Source: Chiloscyllium plagiosum (lineage: Eukaryota). Taken from it: a DNA stretch of 64,000 nucleotides. The position numbers and the translations under genes were made by a program. Below, piece after piece: positions 9,000 to 23,457 of this stretch. Where the stretch lies: the NCBI RefSeq assembly GCF_004010195.1, contig NC_057728.1:45778229-45842228 (forward strand). Reading direction: 5' to 3'. The notes under the pieces are model-generated. The model was not told the origin of the DNA. It was given only the letters and a program-made list of their open reading frames with translations, and searched no databases. Position 1 is the first letter of the stretch. The number at the start of each line of letters is the position of its first letter.

Positions 9000-11900
9000 G
9001 GTATAGCCAATAAGTACATTGTTTAGTTGGAAGTAGGGACTAATAACTGAAAAAGAAATGAAAGGAAATACACCAGGGTTCTTGTGCATTATTATATCAA
9101 GATGGATTTGGCATGTGTTAAGATGTTTCTGGGGATGGAAGATTCATCCCTGAATGATTTGCACTGAGTAATCAAGATTAACCAATGCAATTGGCAGTAG
9201 ATTAGGATTAAAGTTAGAAGTAAAGGGGAGGACGCAGACATAATTGAGTTGGTAGTATGACATTTGAAGTTAGAAGAGCAACAATACAAACCAGAATTGC
9301 AGTTGAAGCAGCTTGAAAAGGAAAAGAAATAGGAAAATGAATTTGACAATGCATGAGACACTTAACTAAATAATTTTGTTGTAAGAATTAAAAACTTGAC
9401 AGATATAATTCTTAGGGCTCAAGGGATCAAATGTAATGGGGAGAAAACGGAAACAGAGACTGAAGTGGGTGATCAGCCATGATAATACTGAATGGCAAAG
9501 CAGGCTCAAAGGGCTGAATGGGCGAGTCCTGCCTCCATTTTCTTGGTTTCTATGACTCCCTCCATTAGTAAGAACTCACATAGAAAACCAGAGATTATGA
9601 CAAGATGGATAGCTGAGATGTTTGACAATTATGAGCTGTCCTATAAATTCGATGTTTATTTCTGTCACCAACACAAATCCTAGAAGGATGGTAGCTGGAA
9701 AGGATAAAGGAAGGTAAATACCCAGGGATGAGAAGAGAGAATTGGGAATGCCTCAGGATCTCTTCTTCAGGCCAGAAAACAATGTATTAAGGGTAGAAAT
9801 GATGTCCAAAAGCCTAAGTGTTTCTATTGTCACAAGGTGGGACATATTTGTGCTGATTGCTGAAAGATTTATCAAGGCATATAAGATCAATGCAGAGCAA
9901 GGATCCCTGATTAAGAGAACAACAGAGCTGAAAAATGTGTTGCTGGAAAAGCACAGCAGGTCAGGCAGCATCCAAGGAGCAGGAGAATCGATGTTTCGGG
10001 CATAAGCCCTTCTTCAGGAATCGATGTTTCGGGCATAAGCCCTTCTTCAGGAAGAAGGGCTTATGCCCGAAACATCAATTCTCCTGCTCCTTGGATGCTG
10101 CCTGTCCTTCTGCGTTTTTCCAGCAACACATTTTTCAGCTCTGATTTCCAGCATCTGCAGTCCTCACTTTCTCCTAAGAGTACAACAGATCAAGTTGCTC
10201 TGACTGCAGCTGTGGGAGCAGGTATAAATACTGTTGAGAATGCAGGGAAAGCAAGCAAGCCTGGGAGTTACAGGGAATTATTGTTAAATGAGGCAAGGAA
10301 ACCTATAGTCATACTTAGTGATACAGAAGCCACTCAAATTCTTTTGCTGGGGAAAATAATGACTTTTCTTCCAGAGATGCTATGAATGCCAGAGCTTTAA
10401 CAAATGGTCGGTGCACGGAGTACAAAATCATTCCTTTATATTGGCAGTGTCAGATTGTGAGAAAACTACGCCGTGCACCAAATAGGCACCTTTAACTCAT
10501 TGTTTTGAGAAACCTTTAGTAGGGTATTAATAGATTGTGTGGAAATTTACCAAAATGAAAGCAGAGCACCAATGTGACATTACAATCAAAGACATGCTAA
10601 TCAATTTCCAAAGGTCATAACCTCAAGAAAAATCACTACTAAATTAGTGCTAGAGAAGGTAATCCAGTTATTCATTCAAATGGATTGCCAACATAGGTCT
10701 AGTCAGATCAATGCTCCAACTTAATGCCTAAACCTTTTTAGGAAATTATGGGTATAATACAGTTAAAGTCTTCAGCTTACAACCAACAGACACAAGAAAC
10801 TTTTGAAACATAATATCCAACTTTGAAAATAATGATTGCATATATAATCATGAATATTGTCATGACTGGGACAAATGACTTAAATTTCTTTGTTTGACAA
10901 ACAGGATTTCCCAAGAGAGTCTACATGTTTTAGTTTTTTTGAGTTAGTTTATGGTCATGATCATGAGATAACAGGACTTCAGAGGTTGATCAAAGAATTT
11001 TATTTTAGGATTTAAGGACAATTTGTTGATGTTAAACTGTATTCCAGGAGTGGCTCTTACAAGCCTGCAACATAGTGCAAGCACACCCTCAAGCATCATA
11101 AACAACCATGAAACAATACAAATGTGTCCCCAAATCCCAAATATTTCAACCGGGTTGAGGTGTTATTATCACTGCCTTTCCAAGTTAAACAATTTAAAGC
11201 ATGATTCAATGTTCCTCATAGCATAGTAAAAGAATTGGTAACTTATCTAATTTACAACCTGGATGGCCAGAAAAGCAATTGGTTTTGTCCCATCAATATG
11301 TTGAAGCATTTTATCACTGTTGGGAGGAGGATAGCAAATACAGATGCGTCAGGGAGTAAAGGCAGTGGAGGCTGAAGCTATACTGAGGATGGTGTAAAAG
11401 AAGATGAGTTAACTCCAAAACTGAACCAGCTATTATCCAGTTAGCTGACACTGAACTGTTTGGAAGATAAGACACCATGTTTTCACATTTAGTAGCTGAA
11501 GAATAAAAAAAAAATGAAGAAGGTTGTTGATCACATTTAAAGGGACAAAGTAAGCAGTACAATCTACCAATACATGGTACAGACATAGAATAATCCTCTC
11601 AGATAAAGCAGCATCCTTATTGCTTAGGTCCAGAGAAACAGTCCACATGAAATCACCAAATGAAGCTGAAACCCAATACATGTTTAAAAACTACCTAATT
11701 GAATCCAGTCAAAGCAGCTTGAGTTTCCCAGTTGGGTTAGCACCTCAGCCTGATGGTTCATCCACATTCCACATAGACTACAGAAAGATCAATGAAGTAA
11801 CAACAGAAAATCCAGACTGAATTGGAAGATTGTAGTAATAGGGTTGACAGTACCAGATTTCTTACCAGAGTAGATTTTTAAAAGAGATAATAAAGCAGAA

Positions 11901-12130
11901 CTGAAGATGCTGGAAATCTGAAATAAAGACAAAAATTGCTGGAGAAGCTCATCAGGTTTGGCAGCATCTGTAGTGAGAAATCAGAGTAAACATTTCAAGT
12001 TCAGTGATCCTTCTTCAGAGCACAAAGGGATAAAAGGATACAGGCAAGTTCATTCAACACCCAGAGTGAGCAAAATTTGTCATACCAGCTTTTTTTTCCA
12101 ATGCTAGACAATGCCATTCGAACTAAAGAA
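9000..12130 (+). mobile_element. Decayed Gypsy element with Gmr1-like order (gag-PR-IN-RT)
   Basis: CX2CX4HX4C-like knuckle ~9819, protease-like ILSDTEATQ ~10311, integrase-like PFSRVLIDCV ~10513 and SSAYNQQTQ ~10770, then RT-like PDGS..IDYRKINEVT ~11750. Confidence 0.7.
9927..10174. mobile_element. Palindromic Penelope-derived mini-element
   Basis: Inverted tails with an internal ~35-nt tandem duplication; TSD taagag(a/t)acaacaga. Confidence 0.75.
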
Positions 12131-13478
12131 AGGGACTGATTTTTATTGCTTTTAATATTTCCAGAAGCAATTCAGTTTTGCAATTTACTGTTTGTCTTTG
12201 ATGCCGCTAATTGTTTTTGTTTAATATTCAATAAATTCCATGTGTGCCTTATTGCCAGAATCATTCATTTTTCTCTGTATCCAAAATTAGGTAACCCTAT
12301 GAATTAAAATGTCATGTCCAATAATTTAGATTACGGCGATGAACATTCTCTGCTTGACATGTGATTCAGCACCATTGCCTCGATATTGGACAAGTTGAGG
12401 CACATTCAAGAGATTCTCCACATCATAGAGAATGGGATATGTTCATTAGAGTGGTCAATGATGCTGAATTTGAGGAATATATCTCATTTAAGAAAAAAAC
12501 CTCAAATGTAACTGCTTATTTCATTACAATGTCTGGAATCCCATAGACATACCTGACCATATTAATTAAGTTATTAAAATATGTGGTTGAAAATTTACTC
12601 TGTTGTGCAATTGCTAACATGAAAGTATAAAATACTTTTTGCCATCACTGGAGGGATAAAAAACAGCATCGACTAGATTTTTAAAGAAATCTCCCTTTAA
12701 CCATTGGATAATTTGAATGGTTTGCTAATTTAATTAGGTAACTACATAATTGCCTGAAGCATGAAATCCCACACACACACATTCTAAAATTTGTACCTAT
12801 CACGCAAAGTGTGTCCTACTTAGACCAAATTGTGATTTGATGCTTTCCAGTTAACTACTATGATTCACATTCAGTTTAACATGTAACTTAGAAGTCAAAA
12901 TGATTTAAGCAAAAAAAAATCCACAAGGTATATTTAATGAAGAATTCTGACATCAGATTGTTCATGATAAATCAGATTTTGTTCTTGTAGAAACATTTGA
13001 AAGCTTTAAAAATGCTTCAGGCAGGATTGGTCTGTGACAGCAATGGATTCAAGTTTGTTCATGATATTTGAGTTCCTATATTGATCTCATGTGAATTCCC
13101 AATCTTTATTTTGCTGCCTGTAAAATGATTAGAAGTTAATTAGAATTGGTGCTTTTTAACTTCCGAGCTTTTTATTTATGAGAATTTTTAAAGCTGAATG
13201 ATTGTTAAGTCTGTTTGATGATTTCCCTATCCCTGAATGTCAGTTGGCACCAGAATGAAATTAATATTGTACTCTGTGAAAGTGACACCAGAGAGCTCAC
13301 TAAATCTCTGTGGGCAGCCCTCTTCTTCATTTCTACTTAGTATTGTGGTGTGCTGAGCATTTTTGTTATTTTAATGAGTCAATTTCTTCTGTTGAGCTCT
13401 ATATATGCAGGCTTTGCAATTGTTGCAAATTCCAAACTTTGATCCCTTAGGTTTCTGCGCCTGGAGATCTCATACTCT

Positions 13479-14716
13479 CATGGAGGCCCAGGACCTCCAT
13501 GTTCTCGCAGAGTAGGAGGGGGAGTTGAAATGTTGGGCCACGGGGCGGTGTGGTTGATTGTTGCGGGTGTCCCGGAGCTGTTCCCTAAAGCGCTCTGCTA
13601 GGAAGCGCCCAGTCTTCCCAATGTAGAGGAGACTGCATCGGGAGCAACCGATACAATAAATGATATTAGTGGATGTGCAAGTAAAACTTTGATGGATGTG
13701 GAAGGCTCCTTTAGGGCCTTGGATAGAGGTGAGGGAGGAGGTGTGGGCGCAGGCTTTACAGTTCCTGCGGTGGCAGGGGAAAGTGCCAGGATGGGAGGGT
13801 GGGTCGTAGGGCCTTGTTACGGTTGGAGGGGTGGGGTCTGAGGGTGTAGGTGCGGGGACGAGACGAGATGCGTTGGAGGGCATCTTTAACCATGTGGGAA
13901 GGGAAATTGCGGTCTCTAAAGAAGGAGGCCATCTGGTCTGTTCTGTGGTGAAACTGGTCCTCCTGGGAGCAGATACGGCGGAGGCGGAGGAATTGGGAAT
14001 ATGGGATGGGGAGGTAGGGTGGGGAGAGGTGTAATCCAGGTAGCTGTGGGAGTCGGTGGGTTTGTAAAAAATGTCAGTGTCAAATCGGTCGACATTAATG
14101 GAGATGGAGAGGTCCAGGAAGGGGAGGGAGGTGTCAGAGATGGTCCAGGTAAATTTAAGGTCAGGGTGGAATGTGTTGGTGAAGTTGATGAATTGCTCAA
14201 CCTCCTCGCGGGAGCACGAGGTGGCACCAATGCAGTCATTATTGTAGCGGAGGAAGAGGTGGGGAGTGCTGCCGGTACAATTACGGAAGATCAACTGCCA
14301 CTCCCTCAGCACCAGACGCCTGGAGGAAGAACGCCTCATCTTCTGCCTCGGAACACTTCAACCCCAGGGCATCAATGTGGACTTCAACAGTTTCCTCATT
14401 TCCCCTTCCACCACCTCACCCTAGTTCCAAACTTCCAGCCCAGCACTGTCCCCATGACTTGTCTGGATTTGTCCTACCTGCCTATCTCCTTTCCACCTAT
14501 CCACTCTCCTCCCTGACCTATCACCTTCATCCCCTCCCCCACTCACCCATTGTACACTATGCTACTTTGCTCACTGCCTTTATTCCTGATGAAGGGCTTT
14601 TGCCCGAAACGTCGATTTCGCTGCTCCTTGGATGCTGTCTGAACTGCTGTCCTCTTCCAGCACCACTAATCCAGAATCTGGTTTCCAGCATCTGCAGTCA
14701 TTGTTTTTACCTTTTT
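13479..14716 (-). mobile_element. Penelope-like element (RT C-terminus, GIY-YIG endonuclease) with inverted 3' segment
   Basis: LPFLDLSIS, YKPTDSHSYLDY, CTSTNIIYCIGCSRCSLLYIGKTGR; TSD atctcatactct (13467-13478, 14717-14728). Confidence 0.88.
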
Positions 14717-15039
14717 ATCTCATACTCTGTTCCCCAGAGCTGTCATTCCCAATCCTGGAGAGACTTTTCAGGGGTCCACAAAATAATTGTGTAGTGACTG
14801 GTGAGACAGTTAATGTGAGCTGGGGGCAAAAGTAGAAAGCATGTGCAATACCGAGTTGACTGGTTGTTTCACCAAGAAGCCAAGCGCATGTATCGGAAGG
14901 TTAAGAGAAGCATAAAGATCGGCAGGTAGATCCAAGTTAGTAAGGATGGTTGGGGTGCAATGCTTCTCTAAAAGGGGGGCAGTTTTTAAAAATGATATTT
15001 AATTACTGCCTCCTATGAAGTGAGAAACAGGCACACCCA

Positions 15040-16030
15040 TTTGTGTGTAAATACCTGTTTCTTGAAAGTATTCAATTCATCTACAGAGGGTGTCGATTTA
15101 CATACCAGAGCTGATCGAAAGCTGTTTAATCTTATTTGTCTAAGATCCACAGTAAAGGTGTGTCAAGTTCTCATTGGAGAGCTATTGTCTGCTGACTATG
15201 TCAGGCTAGCATTTTATTATTGGAGGAACATTTTCAGAGGCAAATGGACAGACGCTCACACCTGTATGGAGACTGGTTTGACCATCAGCATTAGGACTCC
15301 AAATGTCATAATTCAAAATGTGCCAAATCACCATGGATCAACATTGACAACATGAAGTTGGAGGCCTTTAATAACTTCATGTATCTAGGCTCCCTAATCA
15401 CCAACAATCTGTACTTGATGTAAGATCAACACATATGTCACAATAATTGCAACTTGTTATGTCCAAGTTTAGAACAACAGCAAGCTGACTGAGGAAACAC
15501 CAAACTGCAAGTCTACCAAACTTGCATCCTTAGTGAACTCTTCTACAGTGATGAGTGCTAGCCATATATGCCAGGCAGGAGAATTGGCTGAACAAATTCC
15601 AATCTTCACTATTTCAGACATATTCCTTGGCATCTCTTGGCAGGGCCAGGCCACCAATTTAGCATACACTCATTGTGAAGTCAACAATGTCTGTGTTGGC
15701 TCATGCAGTCATGCTCATCAGAATAATGATGGCTGAAAATCTGCTGTACAATGAAGTGGTCTCAGACACACCCCCTCCCGGGTGCCCAAACCTCAGATAC
15801 AAGGACACTTCCAAGTGAGATATGAAAACATGACAACTGAGAGACAGTCGCTGCTGGCCGTGAACTCTGGAAACAGATGATTTTGAAGGGCATTGCAAGA
15901 GACAAGTAGAAACATAAAGCTCAGCTGACCAAGAAAAGGGCCTAAAAACTGAGGCCAACAAATTGTACACCTTCTTAGCCCACTGTTATCTTTTTCAGTA
16001 TTCTAATGAGGACTTCTTGAGTCACACTGG
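15040..16030 (+). mobile_element. Old RTE-clade LINE fragment
   Basis: EGVDLHTRADRKLFNL...IGELLSAD resembles the RTE RT region before FADD. Confidence 0.65.
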
Positions 16031-17189
16031 CCAATACTTAACATAAACACCAAAACATAAACTATTGCCTTATCTTATAAACCATTACGATCATTGAAAA
16101 ATTCTTTACATATGGTGCTTTCATCTTATGAGTATTATACAGTATAATTTAGATAGGGAATCTTTCAGCCAGACTACTTGAGAACCTAAGGTAACCTGCA
16201 ATCTTATTTCACTGTTGGTAATTCCACGTCACAGAGTCCTGAGTTTTTAATCAAGATCCAAACTGAGGTACCAAATTCGTTTAGTTATATTACAAAGCAA
16301 AAATATATGCAGATTAACATAATTCTTACAGAATTATTAGCTGCTGAACTCACAGAGTTTTAAAAGATTAAATCTACATTTGTAACAGTGAATACATTAA
16401 ATAATGTTCAAATAATAATTTTCAGTTGGGTTCCAATGAATATTCTATGTCTTAAGCTTAGACCTTGTTGATTTCTGTCTCTTTAATTCTGCCAGCAGGT
16501 GCTTAAATGTCACATTTTCTCTTTTGTTTTCCTGGAACTAATAATAAGTTCAATACAATCATCAAATTGAAATGTCCTTTTTGTATCATTGATATTGTTT
16601 TGTTTCAAAGTGAATTATGCATAGAGTTAGAATAGTGTTATTCTGAAATGTGTCCTGTTGACTGAATTGATGATGAATCCAGTCTGCATTTCAAAATGAA
16701 CAATAATAACCTTTCAGACATATTGGAATGATTTGGCCATCTTACAATTTACTTGGTGGAGAATAAAACCTGCCTTTGCTTTTAATTTATCCACAAGGCC
16801 AGACTCACTGGCATCTAAATTAAAGTGACTTGATGACCAGACCTGTCACAGAGGAATAATGAAAATGTAAGCAAAAGAACAATATAATAAATAAATAATT
16901 TGTTTCATTGTAACATGTGGAACAACATTAGGATCCTTTTCTTTCAACTAACTTGGCAATGGTACCTCTTGAGTTTTGGGTGCTGTATTGTGATGACTGA
17001 ATTCTGATTCAATTTTAACCATAACTGTAATTTTAATGATTTCTCACCACTTTTATAAATCTTTCCAGCAGCTATCCTACTGCTTCTGGGGTGACCAATT
17101 ACTAATCACCTACATTAGACAGGGGAGGAGTACAGGAAACTCTGGATGTTACGTTAGCTGCAAGGTTTCTTTGGCTAGAGATGTTTGGA

Positions 17190-17435
17190 ATTAGAATCAA
17201 AAAGCGTGGTGCTGGAAAAACATAGCAGGTCAGGCAGCATTCCGAGGAGCAGGAGAGTCGATGTTTCTACATTAACTCTTCATCAGGAATGTTGGGGGGT
17301 TGATGGGGGCTGAGAAATAAATAGGAGAGTGAGAGTGGGAGTGGGAGAAAGGTAGGTGGAAAGGTGATGGTGGATGCAGGTGGGGGGGTAATTGTGATAG
17401 ATCAGTGGGGAGGGTGGAGTGGATGAGTGGGAATC
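17190..17435 (-). mobile_element. Penelope 3' tail fragment
   Basis: gctggaaaa.catagcaggtcaggcagcat followed by a G-rich tract as at 42322-42530. Confidence 0.6.
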
Positions 17436-17786
17436 AAGTCTATCCTAAGCAAACTGAGAAGAATTCATTTTACATTGAGAAATATATAATAGCGATATGC
17501 GTCATTAAGTTAATCAACACACCTGAATCAGGCTCTGTATGATTCTCCAACCTGTTTTGGCATGTTTTAAATGAACCAGCATAGCTCATTGATGGAACTT
17601 GGACAGTCACTGAGTGATGGAACTCTTAACGTAAGTTAGCAATCCCAGAACCTGAAAGTTCAAATGACCTAGGCTTAACAAACATTAGTAACTTACCAGT
17701 GTTCTGTGCTGGCATATACTTTTAACCAGTTAACACTTGTTGCACTCCTACGTATGAAAAACGTTGCCTCTTTCTTGGTGTTGGAG

Positions 17787-18002
17787 ACAGTGAGGTCTGC
17801 AGATGCTGGAGATCAGAGTTGAGAGTGGGTTGCTGGAAAAGCACAGTAGGTCAGGCAGCATTCGAGGAGCAGGAAAATCAAAGTTTTTGACCGGAGCCCA
17901 AAATGGGCTTCCTGATGAAGGGTTCCAGCCAGAAACGTCAATTTTCCTGCTCCTCGAATGCTGCCTGACCTACTGTGCTTTTCCAGCAACACACTCTCAA
18001 CT
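17787..18002. mobile_element. Palindromic Penelope-derived mini-element
   Basis: Inverted tail pair with flanking duplication tcttggtg(t/c)tgg. Confidence 0.7.
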
Positions 18003-18849
18003 CTGTCTTGGTGCTGGTTGGTGGAAAAAGATTTTAGGAAGATTGTACTTGTTGGTTTTAGGCTAGCTGCTAGCTAGTCAGACAATTCTGTGGCTGACAG
18101 ATCCTCTCACAACAGGTGGAAGTGGAGGATAGTCACTGGGGACAATTAGATTTATCCTTCTCCTCCTTTTCCCTTTGATGCTTGCTCATTGTCAACCTGA
18201 AAGGTGTCTGCAGCATTACAGATATCGCACATCCAGGTATCATGATATGTGGACTGCACTTACTAGTTGTAATGGCTGGTGTGGCTAATGGAGAAGAACT
18301 TCTTCTGAGGATCTTCAAAGTGTTCCTTTCGGACACTTCTGTTCCATTTAAAAGTGGTCAGCTCTCCCTACAATCAGATCTTGATAAGCAACTGTCATCC
18401 ATCTGGGTGATGTGACTCATCCAATGCAGTTGGCTTTATAGGAGGCTTTGTTGGCTTTGGTGTTGGCCAGGATGTCAATCTTTGTGGCGCAATGTTGGTA
18501 GTGGACTTTGAGACTGCTGCAGAGGTCTGGGCACTTGTTAACTAATGACTACATTCTCTCCGTCTGGATGAGCAGCATGTTTCCCAGAAAAATAAAGGAA
18601 AGTCTTCATCAGGACAAATAGATTATTTTTCTGAAGTCTCTACTGCAGTTTACATGGAAGATTTTTGAAAACTGTAAGTGGGTCTATGCGAGTAGCTACT
18701 CATCAAAACAGAACAGAAAATATTATCTTTTCTGGCTATTCACCACTTCTAAAGCTGTTAAAGGCTACTATATTTTCAATACCTCCACAAACTGTACACC
18801 ATCCATTGAACACTTCGAATTAAACATAAATTAATCTGAAGGCAGAGAA

Positions 18850-19135
18850 GGCATTTAAGGTGAGAGGGAAAAGATTTAAAAAGGACTTAAGGGGCAGAGG
18901 GTGGTTAGTGTATGGAATGAGCTGCCAGAGGAAGAGGTGGAGGTTGGTACAATTACAAAATTTAAAAGGCACCTGGATGGGTATATGATTAGGAATGGTT
19001 TCGAAGGATATGGGCCAAATGCTGGCAAATGGGACTACATTAATTTAGCATAACTGGTCATCATGGACAAGCTTGTTGTTTCCATGCTTTACAGCTCTAT
19101 GACTTTATAGCTCTATGGCTCTCTGACTCTATGAT
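18850..19135 (+). mobile_element. CR1 3' end fragment
   Basis: Matches 7960-8240; (ctctatga)n tail. Confidence 0.8.
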
Positions 19136-19599
19136 GTCTAAACTTAATTGGGCACCCATAGTGCATGGATTTCTTGGAATATTAAATTGGTATTATAGGT
19201 TATATAGAATGAGAAGGGAAATTTTAACTGAGAGTTCCCATTTTACATTTGAGTTAACTGCAATTCAGATGATAGTGCTTGACACTGATTCGCATCAACA
19301 TTAAATTGTTCCAGGCTTAACAATCCACCCAAAAACTCTTTAATAGAAGCTACAATTAATGTCATACACAGATAGGACTAACACAACTGGATTTATTCAA
19401 TGAAGCATTAAAAATTGTTTTGAAAATCTCAGAAATTATTAGAATGAAAGAACAAGCTTAATTTGCAATCTGTTACACTTGATTGCATTTGAAGACAAAA
19501 TACTCTCTTTTATAATTATCAAGTCCTATGCCAGATGGTGATTTAATCTTGAAAGAAATTCTCAATTAATATATTAAAATTGTTTTGTACATTTTTGTT

Positions 19600-20330
19600 C
19601 ACCTTAGACTTTTCAGGATTAAATTCCATTTGACATTGTTCATCTCATCTAACCTGCCCATCTATATCATCCTGTCGTCTAAAGCTACCTTCCTCATTGT
19701 GTACCACACCACCAATTGTTTGTGTCATCTGTGAACTTACTGATCATATCTCTACAATTATGTATAGATCACTATTAATGTATACAACAAATAGCAAGAG
19801 ACCCAGCACCGAACCCTATGGTGGACCATCAGACACAGACCTACAATAACAAAACGTATTTCAATCATCACCCTCTACTTCCTGCCAGTAAGACAGTTTT
19901 GAATATAATTTGTCAAATTGCCTTGGATCCTATGGTCGGTTAGCTTCTTAACTGGTCTATCATCGGATACCTTGTTAAAAGCCTTACTGAAGACATGAAC
20001 TAAGTATGTTTTATCTAGTCACACTCTCAAAAAAATCAATCAAATTTGTTGGACATGAGCTTCTCCTGACAAAGCCATGCTGACTGTTCTTGATTACTCC
20101 ATGCCTCTCCAAGTGGAGGTTAAGTCTGTTGTCAGAATTGTTTGTAGTATGGCTTCCCTACCAATGATGTTAGACTACTGGCCTTTAGGTTCTTGGCTTG
20201 CCCCTACCACCCATCCTGAATGATAATATTTCATTAGCTGTCCTCCAGTCCACTGGCACTCCAATTGTGGACACAGACGATATAAAAATTAATACGGGAA
20301 CCCCTAAAATCTCATCCTCTGCCTTCCCCA
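19600..20330 (-). mobile_element. Old CR1 RT fragment
   Basis: GVPVDWRTAN on the minus strand and further CR1 RT-like remnants. Confidence 0.65.
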
Positions 20331-22346
20331 GGTTGCCAGGCCACTGTGGGAAATTGGAAACATTTTTGAGCACTGAAATTGCCAGTCACAATGGCAGCAG
20401 CCTGAGTCTGCATGCCACCAACCAGGATGTTATTGGTAGCAGCAACTTGAGCTTCCACTGCTGCTTGTGTTATGGCTTTCAAGCAGGCCTGCCATTATCA
20501 TCCAGTCATTCATTCTACATGTTTATTCAAATACTTTGAAGGCTGGCTTGGCAATGGAACCCATTCCTTGCTGCTTCAGTCCTTTATCATGCACGTGAGG
20601 TTGGGTTTAAATGATTAGTGTAATGTACAGATTTGACTAATAGATTATATATGTGGGATGTGATGATTTGAGCAGCGTTTGAGTCTGACGATACAGTTGG
20701 TAGGATTTGGCATTTTAATTATACATTTCTTGACTTTGACCACTGATATGGTTGTTAGACTTCTTGCAATTTTACATTCAGATCCTTGGTGCTTGACTCC
20801 TGGCATTGACACCTATGGCCCTCTGCTCCCACTGTTTTCTAAGTGTGTGCCCAGAAGGCCTTCTGCAGAACTCCTCCTGTACTTTCCACCTTCTCCTTCA
20901 AGGGAAACTTGATCAGCATTGGACAAGTTGGACCAAAGGTATGACTCTATGAGTCCTTCATTGCAACATCTATAGAAATCTTGTTACCCCCTCACTGTAT
21001 CACAGGGCAGATTTACTGCCTGCATGCCTTCTACCACCTGCTCCAGCATAGCACCTCTCTTTCAGAGATTCAATCTAACTTTAAGTAATACACATTAGCT
21101 TTAACAGATGTGTGCATCCAATAAACTGCACAGTTAGCATTGGCTGCAAGCAGAAATCATTCAAATGAGCAGTCATCACACTATTAGATGTGCTTCTGTG
21201 TGCAATAGTTGTACTGTTACACTCCCAATAAAGACCAATAACTTTTAAATAGATTTGAATTCTCAGTGCCTAATGCAAAGGATCACACTCCAGGATTCAT
21301 GATTTAAACTATTTATTGTAAAAAAGTTAACTAAAATACACATCAACTAAACATTAGTGCATTAGTTCCCACAAACATAAATTACAAAGTTTTTTTAGCT
21401 TACTAATAATCCCACCACATCATGACACATTACATTGCAGGCTCAATAGAAATGTTGTCTTATTTTGAACATCTTGAGTCCCTTCTAGTATTTCAACGGT
21501 CTTTCTTCTGTTGTTTCACAGGTGGAAGTCTACCTGAGTTCCCATAAAAGTCTTTTCACTCCATGCTCCTGAGCATCGAATCAATTTCAGCAATGAGACA
21601 CCCAAAGCCAATTTCTTAGTGTTTGAACTTACATAACATCGATCAGAGTGCATTCCCACCAGCAATCTGGTCTCTAATTCATAGCATCCCTGCTTTTCTC
21701 ACACACAGTAGCACTGAGTTCTGAAGAAGTTATATTGGAATCAAGTCAAGAATTCTGTTTCTGTCTCTCCACAGATTACACCAAACTTGCCAAGTATCTC
21801 AAATATTTCTTTTTTATTTCAGATTTGGCATCAATAGTATTTTGTTTTTATCAGTATCTCCTTGTTCCTCTTTTCAGTGTCATGGCTTAATGGGGAAGAG
21901 TGCACCAATAATAAAGTCCCACTGTTTCACAGGTCATCACAAATGTGAACAAGCCCAATTAAAGCGCCATCATGACCAATTTGTGACAAAAGCAGTCTAT
22001 ACTAGGTTTCATCATTAACAGCAAAATAACTATGCAATGAAAAGTGCTTTTTTAACAAAGAATAGAGAAAAAGAAAGGAGTACTAATGTGATTTAAACCA
22101 TAGTGCTTTAAATCTCTGACTAATGGCTGTCCCCATCAAATGACTGGGGATTGCTCACCACCATAATGAGCATCTTGTCTTCATGTCTGTGATAAGCTGC
22201 AAGGCAAGATAAAGATAATGTCAGCCTGGTAGCTTTGGCTGGGTTGCGTTGTGGGCAGCAAACCTTAAAAAGGCAAGGCAAGGATGCTGTGAGCATCTGG
22301 GTAGGTTCAAGGTGAGTGAGCACTAAGAGAACAAGCAAATAGCCTT

Positions 22347-22652
22347 TTAGATTACTTACAGTGTGGAAACAGGCCCTTCGGCCCAACAAGTCCACACCGA
22401 CCCGCTGAAGCGCAATCCACCCATACCCCTACATTTACCCCTTACCTAACACTATGGAGAATTTAGCATGGCCAATTCACCTGACCTGCACATCTTTGGA
22501 TTGTGGGAGAAAACCGGAGCACCCGGAGGAAACCCACGCAGACACGGGGAGAATGTGCAAACTCCACACAGTCAGTCGCCTGAGGCTGGAATTGAACCCG
22601 GGTCTCTGGCGCTATGAGGCAGCAGTGCTAACCACTGTGCCACCGTGCCGCC
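22347..22652 (-). mobile_element. HE1-like tRNA-derived V-SINE
   Basis: tRNA head ggcacggtggcacagtggttagc...ggttcaattcc; V-domain-like gtgtggagtttgcacattctccccgtgtctgcgtgggtttcctccgg; CR1-like tail. Confidence 0.9.
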
Positions 22653-23114
22653 TTGAGATACAACCTGGTGCATTCCATGAGCTGGGTACCTGTCCCAGTG
22701 TGCAGTATGGTCTTGCAATAGCAGTTCAAAGCTAGATGCTGGTGTGCCCTGAAGTGCAGCTTTAACATGCAGAAGCAATCAGAAAATGGATCACAGATTC
22801 CATAAGGTCCTAACCAGTGCAGCAGGTACCCTTGAGGGAACCCAGAAATGTTGTTTTGATGTCTTCAAGTGTTCAAGATGGCAATCCAGAGGAGCAAGTG
22901 GTGACCTGAAGTTGCCAAGTATCTGCTTTGACTTTAATATTGGGAATTGTTGACAACTAGTTTCCTTACAGAAGGTGGTAGAATAGGAAGCTACATATTA
23001 TTGACTTGAGATTTGCAAATAATGAGGCTGATGACAAGCAATTATCCCCATTAATAAACATCTTGTCACTCCCTAGTGAACCTCCCCCACCCCCACATTT
23101 GACACCTGGAATTC

Positions 23115-23457
23115 TTTTTATTTTATTTATTCACATGATGAGGGTACCACTGGCTAGGCCAGCATTTATTGTCCATTCCTAATTGCCTAAAGAGCAGTTA
23201 GGAGTCAACCACATTGTGTGGCTCTGAAGTTGTATGTAAGTGTGGCAGTTTCTTTCCCTAAGGGCATTAGTGAACCAGATTGTTTTTTCCAACAATTCGC
23301 AGTTGTTTCATGGTCATTGGGTTCTTATTGCCAGAGACTTATTGAATTCAAATTCCACTAATCTGCCATAGTGGGATTCTAAGCTACGTCCCCAGACCAT
23401 TAGCTGGGTTTCTGGATTAACTGTCCAGCGTTAATACCACTAAGGCATTGCCTCCCA
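23115..23457 (-). mobile_element. DeuSINE (SacSINE1-like) tRNA-derived SINE
   Basis: Minus-strand head gggaggcaatgccttagtggtatta, central gaatttgaattcaat and ctggttcactaatgccc, tail aataaatgctggcc. Confidence 0.65.
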
